A stretch of DNA of 64,000 bases from an uncultured bacterium (GTDB lineage: Bacteria > Desulfobacterota_D > UBA1144 > Nemesobacterales > UBA2774): positions 160,001-224,000 of the forward strand of contig CAVPJU010000003.1 of assembly GCA_963705505.1 (NCBI GenBank). The letters run 5' to 3'. The translations under genes were made by a program, and so were the position numbers. The notes under the pieces were generated by a model, which saw nothing but the letters and a program-made list of their open reading frames with translations, had not been told where the DNA came from and did not search any database. This document shows, piece by piece, positions 54,243-64,000 of this stretch (position 1 is its first letter; every line of letters begins with the position of its first letter).

Positions 54243-56273
54243 TTATGTCCTGGTGCCGGATATGGGGAAAACAATATAGAATCCCGCCCCGCTTTGATTC
54301 CGAAGCTCTATGGTCCCGCTTAACTGGTCGGTCAGCGCGCAGACAAGCTGAAGCCCGAGTGTGGCCGTATTCCTGAAATCAATATTCTCGGGAAAGCCGG
54401 CCCCGTTATCTTTCACCGAAAGAACGAGACTGCCGTCGCTGTCCGAGTATAGTTCAACCAATATCTTGGCCTTCGACTTGCCGGTTCTTTCACCGCCGTT
54501 TTTATTTAAAAAAGCGTGCTTGACACAGTTGGAAAAGAGCTCGTTTATGATGAGCCCGCAGGGGATAGCGATGTCTACGTTGACGGAGATATCATACGCA
54601 TTGATCTGGACATCGATAGGACTCCCTGCTGTATCGTACATTCTGAGGAGGTTCCTCGTCAGGTCTGTAATGTAGTCGAGCATTTTTATTTCGGCTAAAT
54701 TTTTTGACTGATACAGCTTCTCATGAATCAGAGCTATGGTGGATATCCTGTTCTGACTTTCATAAAAAAGGCTCAGTGACTCCTTGTCCTTTGTGTAATC
54801 GGACTGAAGACTGAGAAGGCTCGATATGACTTGAAGGTTATTTTTCACCCTGTGGTGTATCTCTCTCAGGAGCGATTCCTTCTCTTTAAGCGACTTCTGA
54901 ATCTGCTCCTCGGTCTTTTTGCGCTCGGTAATTTCACGGGTATCGATTATCGCCCGTATCTCGCCCGTGGATGTCCTGAACGGCTTCCCGGTGCTCTCGA
55001 ACCACCGCCATTCACCGTTCTTATGCCTGTACCTGTGAACGACCCTTGCCGTAGACTCGGTTTTTAAACCCTGAATAAATTGCGACAGCATGGCAGCGCG
55101 GTCGTCCGGATGTACGAATTCGAATACATTCCTGCCTAAAAGCTCTTCAGGCTCGTATCCCATGATCTCTTTATGGTTGGAGCTCGCATACATAAACCGG
55201 CCGTCATAGGATATCTCCAGTATGAGGTCGTGCGCGTTTTCAACGAGCGTGCGATAGAGCTCTTCTTTTTCTTTGAGCAGGTCCTCGGCTTTCTTGCGCT
55301 CTATCATTGTGCTGATCCAACGCCCCATAAGCCTTATAAAATCCTTGTCCGCCGTTGTGAAAGGCTCCTTCCTGGGACCCTGGCTTGCAAAATTAAGTGT
55401 CCCGAAAACTATGCCGTTAATTCGTAAAGGAACAGCTATATAGGACTCGAAACCGAAGCTCCTGTAGGACTCATCATTTCTATACTCGGACTCACCCACA
55501 TGTTCCAGGGCGACAACTTCATCGTTGGCAAGCGTAATTTTGCAGTATGTCTTTGAAAGTTCGAATTCGAACCCCTGCTTAAACCTTCCCAGCTCGTCAT
55601 GGCAGTACAACACGGTACAATTCTGACCGGAAACCTCGCCGATGCCGGCAATTTCCATGCAGAGCATCCGGGCGCCTGTCTTTAGAGTCTCGGCAAGCTG
55701 TGTATCGATTCCCACTCCCGGCTCGGCCGAAATCTCATAAAGGGACCTGATCCGTCTCTCCTGAAGGGCATGCACCTCCTCGGAGTGCTTGCTGTATGTG
55801 TTATCCCTGAGAGAGCCGATGATGCTTAGAACCTTTCCGTTCCTCAACCTGAACGCCACGGATATTTCGGCGCTTATAGAACCGCCTCCGCTTAAAAGAA
55901 CCTTAGATTCGAATACCTTTTTCGGCTGTCCGTTCTCAAACTTTAAGAGATTGCCCGCAGTATCCGTTCCCGGGTCGGTATCGAGCAAGTCGAAGAACGG
56001 TCTGCCTATCCAATTCTCACGCGCCCATCCCGTAAGCACGCTGAATGCAGGGTTTAAGTAGGTCAGAATCCCTTCCGGTGTAAGGCTGAAAATAACCTCC
56101 GGGGCATCCTCGAGGATGCCGGAGTAAAATTCAGCGCCGCTTTCCCCATCGCCGCTATAAGGAGCTTCTGAGATCTCGTCGGAACGAAAAGACGTGACGG
56201 CTTCCATGAGATCGAGCGTTCCGGGCTCGATCCCGTCTTCCGGTCCGATTTCATGCTTCAATTTATCATTCAT
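54243..56273 (-). CDS. Cytoplasmic PAS-GAF-PAS histidine kinase (HisKA_2 type)
   Basis: EIHHRVKNNLQVISSLL; DNGAG; PAS (HPDD, WRW) and GAF (ESYIAVPL) segments. Confidence 0.93.
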   Translation of the reverse strand: MNDKLKHEIGPEDGIEPGTLDLMEAVTSFRSDEISEAPYSGDGESGAEFYSGILEDAPEVIFSLTPEGILTYLNPAFSVLTGWARENWIGRPFFDLLDTDPGTDTAGNLLKFENGQPKKVFESKVLLSGGGSISAEISVAFRLRNGKVLSIIGSLRDNTYSKHSEEVHALQERRIRSLYEISAEPGVGIDTQLAETLKTGARMLCMEIAGIGEVSGQNCTVLYCHDELGRFKQGFEFELSKTYCKITLANDEVVALEHVGESEYRNDESYRSFGFESYIAVPLRINGIVFGTLNFASQGPRKEPFTTADKDFIRLMGRWISTMIERKKAEDLLKEKEELYRTLVENAHDLILEISYDGRFMYASSNHKEIMGYEPEELLGRNVFEFVHPDDRAAMLSQFIQGLKTESTARVVHRYRHKNGEWRWFESTGKPFRTSTGEIRAIIDTREITERKKTEEQIQKSLKEKESLLREIHHRVKNNLQVISSLLSLQSDYTKDKESLSLFYESQNRISTIALIHEKLYQSKNLAEIKMLDYITDLTRNLLRMYDTAGSPIDVQINAYDISVNVDIAIPCGLIINELFSNCVKHAFLNKNGGERTGKSKAKILVELYSDSDGSLVLSVKDNGAGFPENIDFRNTATLGLQLVCALTDQLSGTIELRNQSGAGFYIVFPISGTRT

Positions 56274-56600
56274 GCAAAAAGAACCCGTCGGCCGAATCTG
56301 TTGTAAGTAAGTTTTACGGACTCCCCCCGAGTCCGGCCGCTATATGTATATATTTTCCCGAACTTGCCCCAGGCCGCATCTAATTTTAATAAAATCTGTA
56401 GATACATGCAATGCGGGGAGGACCGAACAGGAGCAGACAATAATTTTATTATGTTGTTACAGCACGTTACCCAATCCGCAGGACTTAAATCATGAACGCA
56501 GCGGACTTCGCGCCGACATATACTCCGTACATCCCCTCCGTGCTTGCCAACTCATTTAATCTTGGATAGGCTTTTCTTGAATGGAGGGGGTATGCATCAG

Positions 56601-57848
56601 ATGTCCAAGCTCGAAATAGTTGATCCGGAAATTTACCGCGCTATCAGGTCCGAAGTCGAACGGCAGGAATACAAGCTCGAACTCATCGCTTCTGAAAATT
56701 ATGTAAGCGAAGCGGTGCTCGAGGCGTTGGGCTCGGTGCTGACAAATAAGTACGCAGAGGGCCTTCCGGGAAAGAGGTACTACGGAGGGTGCGAATTCGT
56801 GGATATTGCGGAAAATCTGGCCCGGGACAGGGCTAAGATGCTCTTTGGCTGCGATGCGGTCAACGTACAGCCCCACTCGGGCGCACAGGCTAACATGTCG
56901 GTTTATTTCTCCTGTCTTGAGCCCGGGGATACCATACTCGGAATGAACCTCGCCCACGGCGGACACCTGACACACGGAAGCCCCGTCAATTTCTCGGGCA
57001 AGCTATATAATATAGTGCCGTACGGAGTCACGGAGGACACGAACCTCATCGACTACACGGAGGTCAGAAGGCTCGCGCTCGAGCACAAGCCCAAGCTCAT
57101 CGTCGCGGGCTGGAGCGCATACCCGAGGGATATCGACTTTGCGAAGTTCAGGGAAATTGCGGACGAAGCCGGCGCGCTCCTCATGGCGGATATCGCGCAC
57201 CCCGCGGGACTCGTAGTCGCGGGACTCTATTCCAATCCGATACCGCACTGCGATTTCGTGACGACGACCACTCATAAAACGCTCCGGGGGCCGAGGGGCG
57301 GAATGGTTATGATGAAACAAAGCCAGGAAAAGCAGGTCAACAGCAGGGTATTCCCCGGCACGCAGGGAGGGCCGCTTATGCACGTGATCGCCGCAAAGGC
57401 GGTTGCGTTCAAGGAAGCTCTCGATCCTTCTTTCAAAGACTACCAGAGGCAGATCGTGAAGAACTCCAAAAAGCTCGGTGAATGTCTGATCAAGATGGGG
57501 CTTAAACTCGTCTCGGGCGGGACTGACACACACCTGGTGCTCGTCGACCTCAGGGAGACAGAGCTCACGGGAAAGATAGCGGAGGAGACACTCGAGCAGG
57601 CAGGCATAACGGTAAACAAAAATGCCATACCCTTTGACCCGCGTCCGCCGGCAGTAACGAGCGGGATAAGGATAGGGACCCCCGCAGTCACCACGAGAGG
57701 AATGAAAGAAAAAGAAATCGAAATAATCGCGGATTTTATAAAAGAGGCTTTAAATAACCCGGGCAACGAGAAAGTGCTTTCAACGATAAAGGACGATGTC
57801 CGGGGGCTTTGCAGCCAATTCCCCGTATACAGACACAGACTAATTTAG
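56601..57848 (+). CDS. glyA: Serine hydroxymethyltransferase
   Basis: [32 protein letters not shown] favours start MSKLE. Confidence 0.99.
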   Translation: MSKLEIVDPEIYRAIRSEVERQEYKLELIASENYVSEAVLEALGSVLTNKYAEGLPGKRYYGGCEFVDIAENLARDRAKMLFGCDAVNVQPHSGAQANMSVYFSCLEPGDTILGMNLAHGGHLTHGSPVNFSGKLYNIVPYGVTEDTNLIDYTEVRRLALEHKPKLIVAGWSAYPRDIDFAKFREIADEAGALLMADIAHPAGLVVAGLYSNPIPHCDFVTTTTHKTLRGPRGGMVMMKQSQEKQVNSRVFPGTQGGPLMHVIAAKAVAFKEALDPSFKDYQRQIVKNSKKLGECLIKMGLKLVSGGTDTHLVLVDLRETELTGKIAEETLEQAGITVNKNAIPFDPRPPAVTSGIRIGTPAVTTRGMKEKEIEIIADFIKEALNNPGNEKVLSTIKDDVRGLCSQFPVYRHRLI

Positions 57849-58382
57849 ATGAAATGTCCATTCTGTTCCAGTCTAGAAAGTAAGGTAATAGACTCGCGCC
57901 TCGCGAAGGAAGATACGTCGATCAGGAGGCGGAGGGAATGCCTCAGCTGCAAGAGCCGCTTCACAACCTATGAAAGGGTGGAGGAAGTCGAGCTCCTCGT
58001 TATCAAGAAGGGCGGCGTCAGGGAACCGTTTGACCGCAGCAAAATAATCGCAGGCATGATTAAGGCGTGCGAGAAAAGGCCCATAAGCATGGAGGTCATC
58101 GAAAACTTCGTCTCCGATCTGGAAAGGGAGTTCCAGGAGAGGGGAGACAGGGAAGTGGAAAGCAGTGAGATAGGCGAGAGGGTGATAAATAAACTTTACG
58201 AGATAGATGAGGTCGCATATGTCAGGTTCGCATCTGTCTATCGGTCGTTTAAGGACGTTAATCAGTTTTTGAGCGAGCTGACGGATCTGCTCAAGGAGAA
58301 GGGCGGACAGATGAAATTAAGCGGAAAGAAAGATTCTCCGATTCACGCTTTATCGCTCATAAAGGATAAGACCAAGAAGTAA
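57849..58382 (+). CDS. nrdR: Transcriptional repressor NrdR
   Basis: MKCPFC, RRRREC..C..RFTTYE, ATP cone, AYVRFASVY. Confidence 0.98.
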   Translation: MKCPFCSSLESKVIDSRLAKEDTSIRRRRECLSCKSRFTTYERVEEVELLVIKKGGVREPFDRSKIIAGMIKACEKRPISMEVIENFVSDLEREFQERGDREVESSEIGERVINKLYEIDEVAYVRFASVYRSFKDVNQFLSELTDLLKEKGGQMKLSGKKDSPIHALSLIKDKTKK

Positions 58383-59144
58383 TGCTCATCGACACTCATG
58401 CGCACCTCGATTCGCTAGATGACGTCCCCGGCTCTATTGCGAGGGCTCAGGAGAACGGAATAGAGAAAATAATAGCCATATCCTCGGACCTGATATCCTC
58501 CCGGAACACAATCTCGATTTCAGAAAAATATCGGAAACGTATTCGCTGCGGTGGGCGTTCACCCGCATGCGGCAAGGACCGCGGACGATACCGCCCTCGG
58601 GGAAATTGAGCGGCTTGCGGGAACGGATAAGGTCGTCGCGATCGGAGAGACGGGGCTCGACTATCACTACCTGAATTCCGAAAAGGACGCACAGATACAA
58701 TCACTCAAAGAGCATATCGGTATTGCGTGTCGTGTCCGGCTGCCGATTGTCATCCATGTCAGGGACGCCGACCCGGATCTCATACAGATCCTCAAGACAG
58801 AGAAGGTCTCGGACAGGACGGGCGTGATTCACTGTTTTACGGGGAATTTCGAGACTGCGAAAAATTATCTCGACCTCGGGTTCTACATTTCATTCTCCGG
58901 CATAGTGACATTCAAGAAGTCCGAAGAGGTCCGCGATGCGGCAAAAAGAATCCCCGGAGACAGGATTTTGATCGAAACCGATTCGCCTTACCTCGCACCC
59001 GTGCCGCTGAGAGGTAAAACAAACGAGCCAGCCTACGTGAAATACGTAGCGGAGACGATTGCCGAGACCAGGGGCGTTTCTCTCGATGAGATAGCCGACC
59101 TGACGACCGGGAATGCGGAGAGGCTGTTTAAGCTCGGGCAATGA
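58382..59144 (+). pseudogene. tatD: TatD-family DNase split by a net one-base frameshift (pseudogene or sequencing error)
   Basis: MLIDTHAHL in one frame; NVFAAVGVHPH, IGETGLD, HCF, ETDSPY in another; break near 58524-58535. Confidence 0.85.
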
Positions 59145-59204
59145 TTACACGGCCCATGTAAAATAATATCTATAAAAAGTTTTTTTATTTAAAATCATCC
59201 TGCC

Positions 59205-60179
59205 ATGAGCAAAAAACCTAAAATCGGCATATCCATGGGCGACCCGAACGGCATAAGCCCGGAGATAATAGTAAAAGCCGTCAACTCACCCGAGGTGAGC
59301 GGAGCCTGTACGCCGGTAATATTCGGAAGCGGTGAGATTCTGGAATCCGCGGCGAAGCTCACGGGCCTGAAAATAAACTGCGGGATATTCGACCCCTCCG
59401 ATTTCAAAACAGCCGACCTCAAGCCCTGCAGAGTCGACAAAAAGGCGGGAGAGGCCAGCCTGTCATACATACGCCAGGCAGTGAAAGCCGCGATGTCGGG
59501 CGAGATCGACGCAATCGTCACGGCGCCCATCAGTAAAGAATCCACTCACCTCGCGGGATCGAAGTTCCCGGGGCATACGGAGATGCTCAAGGAACTCACG
59601 GGCGCAAAAGAGGCAGTGATGATGTTCGAAGGCGGAAAGTTCCGCGTGGTGCTCGTCACGATTCACAATGCGTTAAGAGAAGTCCCGAAACTCGTCACGA
59701 AAGAAAGGGTGCTTTCAGTAATAAATATCACACACCGCGCACTTATAAGTCAATTCAAGATCCCCGAACCCAAGATCGTCGTCTGCGGCTTGAACCCGCA
59801 CGCCGGGGAGTCGGGGGCTTTCGGCGACGAGGAGATTAAATATATAGCCCCCGCCGTAGCGGAAGCGAGAAGAATGGGGATCACCGTTACCGGTCCTCTC
59901 CCGGCAGACACTCTCTTCTACTATGCCAACGAGGGGAAATGGGACGCGGTCGTCGCGATGTACCACGACCAGGGTCTGATACCGTTTAAAATGCTCAACT
60001 TCAACGTGGGAGTGAACCTTACCCTCGGCCTTCCTATAATCAGAACCTCTCCCGACCACGGAACGGCTTTCAATATCGCGTGGAAGGGGGTCGCCGACCC
60101 GTCCAGCATGATCGCAGCCGTCAGCGTCGCGGCCAGGCTCGCGGCGCGCCCGGAACCAGCCGCCGGACGAAAGCGGTAA
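59205..60179 (+). CDS. pdxA: 4-hydroxythreonine-4-phosphate dehydrogenase
   Basis: GDPNGISPE, GHTE, LNPHAGE, MYHDQG, RTSPDHGTA. Confidence 0.97.
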   Translation: MSKKPKIGISMGDPNGISPEIIVKAVNSPEVSGACTPVIFGSGEILESAAKLTGLKINCGIFDPSDFKTADLKPCRVDKKAGEASLSYIRQAVKAAMSGEIDAIVTAPISKESTHLAGSKFPGHTEMLKELTGAKEAVMMFEGGKFRVVLVTIHNALREVPKLVTKERVLSVINITHRALISQFKIPEPKIVVCGLNPHAGESGAFGDEEIKYIAPAVAEARRMGITVTGPLPADTLFYYANEGKWDAVVAMYHDQGLIPFKMLNFNVGVNLTLGLPIIRTSPDHGTAFNIAWKGVADPSSMIAAVSVAARLAARPEPAAGRKR

Positions 60180-60184
60180 TAACC

Positions 60185-60937
60185 TCAACTGTAGACTTTA
60201 TGGGAGGTATAGAGGAGTGGAAGCACCTCACCCGATTTGCCGAGTATCGTCAGGTCGAAGAGCCCCGAGTTAGGCGTATATTCAAGATTTACCTCGATCA
60301 CTGTCTTACCCGCCTGCTTCGCGACAAGTCCCATGGAGGCTGCGGGTTCGACGATTCCTGAAGTGCCCACTATAAGCATGACCTCGCATTCTTCAATCGC
60401 CTTCAGGGAGATGTCTATGACCTGCATCGGAATTATCTCGCCGAACCACACCACGTTGGGCCTCCCGATCTCATTACAAAGACCGCATCTGGGCGGTATC
60501 TCTTCGAGAGGGACCTTGTGGTTAGGTTGCATGTCTCCGCATTTTGTGCACCTGACCTGCCATATATTTCCGTGCATCTCTATTATGTTCCTGCTGCCCG
60601 CCATCTGATGGAGCCCGTCTATGTTCTGAGTAATGAGCGTGAATTTTTTCTTCTGGCTTTCAAGCTCCGCAAGAGCGAAGTGTCCCGGGTTCGGCCTCGC
60701 GTCCTTTATGGCGTTTCTTCTCCAGTCATACCATTCCCAAACGAGCTTCGGGTTATCCCAGAACGCTTCGGGTGTTGCCAGGTCCTCGGACCTGAAGTTC
60801 CGCCAGAGCCCTTCTTTTCCCCTGAACGTCGGCACCCCGCTCTCGGCTGAAATACCCGCGCCCGTCAGCACGGTGAGCGAGGAACAGTTCTCTATAATGT
60901 CCTTCGCCGCATTTATCTTTTCGTACATCTCGTTCAT
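60185..60937 (-). CDS. cobB: NAD-dependent protein deacylase (sirtuin)
   Basis: GAGISAESG.PTFR, TQNIDGLH, HG, two CxxC, GTS. Confidence 0.96.
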   Translation of the reverse strand: MNEMYEKINAAKDIIENCSSLTVLTGAGISAESGVPTFRGKEGLWRNFRSEDLATPEAFWDNPKLVWEWYDWRRNAIKDARPNPGHFALAELESQKKKFTLITQNIDGLHQMAGSRNIIEMHGNIWQVRCTKCGDMQPNHKVPLEEIPPRCGLCNEIGRPNVVWFGEIIPMQVIDISLKAIEECEVMLIVGTSGIVEPAASMGLVAKQAGKTVIEVNLEYTPNSGLFDLTILGKSGEVLPLLYTSHKVYS

Positions 60938-61081
60938 CAGATAAGTGTACAGCACATAATCACAATGCTGTCTCTTTTTTTCATCCGGATGCTCCCGGAA
61001 ACCGCTCAGCTAATGTTAACGTTGTGTAAAAGTAATAATTCTATATTTTCAAAATCGATGCAATCATTTTTCGAGAGATTC

Positions 61082-62215
61082 TCAATAGGCGTGCCTCATC
61101 GGATAGAGAACTCGGGCCTCCGAATAGTGCTCGGGGTGGACAATCACCTTCTTCCCGTTTTGCCATTGTACGACGACCATTTCATGCCCTGTCTGAGATC
61201 CCTTGCGGTCTACACTGAAGCGCCCGTAAAAGGTCTTGAACTCCGCATCCTTAGCTCGCTCCCTTAACGCTGTGTCATCGAGGGTCCCAGTCTCTTCGAT
61301 GCATTTGTGTACGATCAATCCGATATTGTAACCCTGGGCAGCTACGTAATCGGGCTCGACTCCGTATGCCGATTTAAATCTCGCAAGAAACTCCGGAGGC
61401 TTCGGCCCGAAGTCGGGCGTTATCTTTATTCCGCACTCCCATTGACTGCCGGAGATAAAACCTTCAGCGCTCTGCCGGAACGTATCCTTAAAAAGCTTTA
61501 TAGAGGCTACGACGAGGGCTATCGCTTTCGCTCTGACCCTCCTTTCCATAATTTGCCGTGCGAGGGCGAGATCGTCATGGGCGCGCCCCATGCCCAGAAT
61601 CAGATCGGGGGAAAAATCCGCAGCTTCCTCTAAAAGTCGAGAAAAGTCTTCGTTCCCGGTTGCGAATTTAAATTCCCTTACCAAAAACCCGCTCTCCTCC
61701 CCGTAAAGCCTCGCGCCGCGGGCGACATTCCTCGAAAAACCGCTGTTCTCGGCGCTGAATGCCGCGATCTTTCCCGCATCAGGATCCTGTGCCCTGAGTA
61801 GTTTTATTATGCCCTCGGCATATCTGCTCGCGGGCGTAATTGCGCTCACGAGACAGGTAAACCCCTTTTCCTCAATCTCGTCCGTAGACCCCCCGTGGTT
61901 CCAGAGTGTTACGCCGCGCTCCTCCGCTACCTCTGCCGAAGCAAGCGAAAGTGAGCTCGAATAGGGGCCGAGAAGTATATCGACTTTTTCCCCGGAAATT
62001 AGCCTCTCTGTGTTAGCCCGGCAAATGTCAGGAGAGCTTGCGTCGTCGAAGTAAATAAGCTCGACGGGAATTTTCTTCCCGCATTCACGTACGAATATAC
62101 CGCCTTCTTTATTTACATCCGCGACCCAGAGGCTCACACCCTGGAGACTCTCTTTGCCCTGGACCGAATAGATTCCCGTAAGCGAAACGGATAAGCCGAT
62201 TTTTATTTTTCCCAT
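61082..62215 (-). CDS. LivJ/AmiC-type periplasmic-binding-protein fold without a signal peptide
   Basis: KIKIGLSVSLTG...VNKEGG...DDAS...LLGPYSS; starts at the mature-domain boundary. Confidence 0.85.
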   Translation of the reverse strand: MGKIKIGLSVSLTGIYSVQGKESLQGVSLWVADVNKEGGIFVRECGKKIPVELIYFDDASSPDICRANTERLISGEKVDILLGPYSSSLSLASAEVAEERGVTLWNHGGSTDEIEEKGFTCLVSAITPASRYAEGIIKLLRAQDPDAGKIAAFSAENSGFSRNVARGARLYGEESGFLVREFKFATGNEDFSRLLEEAADFSPDLILGMGRAHDDLALARQIMERRVRAKAIALVVASIKLFKDTFRQSAEGFISGSQWECGIKITPDFGPKPPEFLARFKSAYGVEPDYVAAQGYNIGLIVHKCIEETGTLDDTALRERAKDAEFKTFYGRFSVDRKGSQTGHEMVVVQWQNGKKVIVHPEHYSEARVLYPMRHAY

Positions 62216-62329
62216 GATAAGCCGCTGCTTTTGAAGAGCCCTCGAACGGAGCGGCTCCGCTGCATATATAATATGCTTTTTTTACAGCCGAATATACCGG
62301 AAAAATTCGGGAGGGGCGAGACAGTTCCG

Positions 62330-63523
62330 TCAGCTCAGTTTCTTGACCGCTTCCTCTATCCTGTCCATTCCCTTGACTATATTTTCCATAGATGTGGCGA
62401 AAGAAATCCTTACGTGGTCGTCCGACCCGAAGGAATCCCCCGGAACGACCGCGACCTTCGCTTCATCGAGCAGGAATTCGGTAAAACTCATCGAGCTTTT
62501 GATCTCTTTGCCGTTATACCGTTTACCGAAGAAGGACGAAATGTTGGGGAACGCATAGAAAGCGCCTTGCGGGCTGAAGCATTTTATACCGGGGATCGAA
62601 TTCAGCCTTTCGACGATATAATTCTTCCGCCTTTCGAACTCCCGCGTCCTCTCTTCAATTATTTCGTGAGGGCCCCTGTACGCCTCGAGTGCCGCCCATT
62701 GCGAAATAGAGGTAGGGTTCGATGTGGATTGTCCCTGGAGCTTACCCATGGCGTTTATCACTTCCTTATCCCCGGCTGCGTAGCCGATTCTCCAGCCTGT
62801 CATCGCATACGTCTTTGAGACGCCGTTTACGAGTATGGTCGATTTCTTTATGTCCTCGCCGAGAGTAGCCACAGGCGTGTGCTTGATACCGTCGTATATA
62901 ATCTTGTCGTATATCTCGTCGGAGATGATTATGAGCCCCGCGTCCATCGCCACGTCCACTATCCGCCTGAGCTCTTCTTCGTTATAGGTGGCTCCCGTCG
63001 GGTTTGAAGGGTAATTGAGAATGAGCGCCCTCGTCCTCGGAGTGATGAGCTTTCTCAGCTCATACGGGTCTATCTTGAAACCCTCATCCTCCCTCGTATT
63101 GAGAATAACAGGGGTCGCTCCGGCGAGCGTTATCTGCTCGGGATAGGACACCCAGTAGGGAGCCGGTATTATCACCTCGTCTCCTTCTTCGAAGAGAGCC
63201 TGGGTCAGGTTGTAAAGAGTATGTTTCGCGCCGTTCGATACTATGATCTCGGACTTCTGATATTCGAGCCCGTAGTCCTGCTTCATTCTATTGATTATGG
63301 CCTCTTTGAGCTCATCCATTCCGCCAACCGCAGTATATTTTGTAAACCCGGCCTTGATCGCCTTTATGGCTTCTTCCTTTATATTGTCCGGACTGTCGAA
63401 ATCAGGTTCTCCCGCTCCGAACCCTATTACGTCCACGCCTTGAGATTTGAGGGCCTTCTCCTTTGCTGTAATAGCGAGAGTCGCCGAAGGCTGCAGCTTT
63501 TTCGCGCGAGCAGAGAGTTTCAT
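62330..63523 (-). CDS. Class I PLP aminotransferase (aspartate aminotransferase type)
   Basis: GEPDF, PSNPTG, SDEIY, SKTYAMTGWRIG. Confidence 0.95.
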   Translation of the reverse strand: MKLSARAKKLQPSATLAITAKEKALKSQGVDVIGFGAGEPDFDSPDNIKEEAIKAIKAGFTKYTAVGGMDELKEAIINRMKQDYGLEYQKSEIIVSNGAKHTLYNLTQALFEEGDEVIIPAPYWVSYPEQITLAGATPVILNTREDEGFKIDPYELRKLITPRTRALILNYPSNPTGATYNEEELRRIVDVAMDAGLIIISDEIYDKIIYDGIKHTPVATLGEDIKKSTILVNGVSKTYAMTGWRIGYAAGDKEVINAMGKLQGQSTSNPTSISQWAALEAYRGPHEIIEERTREFERRKNYIVERLNSIPGIKCFSPQGAFYAFPNISSFFGKRYNGKEIKSSMSFTEFLLDEAKVAVVPGDSFGSDDHVRISFATSMENIVKGMDRIEEAVKKLS

Positions 63524-63528
63524 TTAAT

Positions 63529-64000
63529 CTACTTCCTCCTACCTTTTTTTGAAAGTTTGTCCTTTAGCTTCATTTCAACGATTTGGGGAACCATGTGAGT
63601 GGCCGACCCGCCCAGGGATACCACTTCCCGTATCACGGACGAACTGATATGCGAAAACTCGCTGTCGGTGACCATAAACACCGTCTCGAGCTCCGGGCTG
63701 AGCGTCTTATTCGCGAGAGCCATCTGAAGCTCGTACTCGAAATCGGAGACGGTCCTCATTCCCCTCAACACAATATTCGTACCCATTTTCTTCGCATAAT
63801 CCACAAGGAGTCCCTCGAAATAATCCACCCTCACGTCTTTACGTCCGCGGAATATTTTATTCAATAACCGGACTCTCTCATCCAGTGTAAATATCGTTTT
63901 CTTTGAAGTATTATGCGCGACCGCCACGACGACCTGACCGAACACCCTGACACCGCGCTCGATTATGTTCTGATGGCCTTTCGTAAAAGGATCGAATGAA
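63529..64000 (-). CDS. coaD: Phosphopantetheine adenylyltransferase (5' end outside the window)
   Basis: Frame extends to the window edge: SFDPFTKGH...RGMR..SDFEYE...ISSS. Confidence 0.96.
   Translation of the reverse strand, partial: SFDPFTKGHQNIIERGVRVFGQVVVAVAHNTSKKTIFTLDERVRLLNKIFRGRKDVRVDYFEGLLVDYAKKMGTNIVLRGMRTVSDFEYELQMALANKTLSPELETVFMVTDSEFSHISSSVIREVVSLGGSATHMVPQIVEMKLKDKLSKKGRRK

Noticed and set aside
56280..56600. Possible ZTP, glycine or THF riboswitch upstream of glyA
   Set aside because: I could not match any consensus elements by eye; a covariance-model scan would settle it.

Overview
A 64-kb, mostly core-genome bacterial chromosome segment. The gene content and order (split atp operon, serA-hisZ-purA, glyA-nrdR) suggest a Deltaproteobacteria/Desulfobacterota-like organism; this is inference only. 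Housekeeping genes include atpF'FHAGDC, tatC, serA, hisZ, purA, phoH, purC, htpX, an ABC-F ATPase, dnaB, aroC, sbcD, prfB (programmed +1 frameshift), nadK, glyA, nrdR, tatD (frameshifted), pdxA, cobB, an aspartate aminotransferase and a partial coaD. I saw no rRNA, tRNA, CRISPR array or mobile element. The standout locus is about 39.9-47.3 kb. A clear c-di-GMP-I (GEMM) riboswitch precedes a 919-aa three-part fusion: a PilZ domain, a PLP alpha-oxoamine synthase (serine palmitoyltransferase/AONS-like) and a tandem-GNAT domain resembling bacterial ceramide synthase. It is followed directly by a PDZ/multi-TM/GAF sensor kinase and a REC-PAS-HK-REC hybrid kinase. This could be a lipid (ceramide-like) or signal synthase under two layers of c-di-GMP control, paired with its own sensor. 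Second, an intact fadI-fadJ pair lacks most canonical catalytic and NAD-binding residues and is a candidate pseudoenzyme complex.
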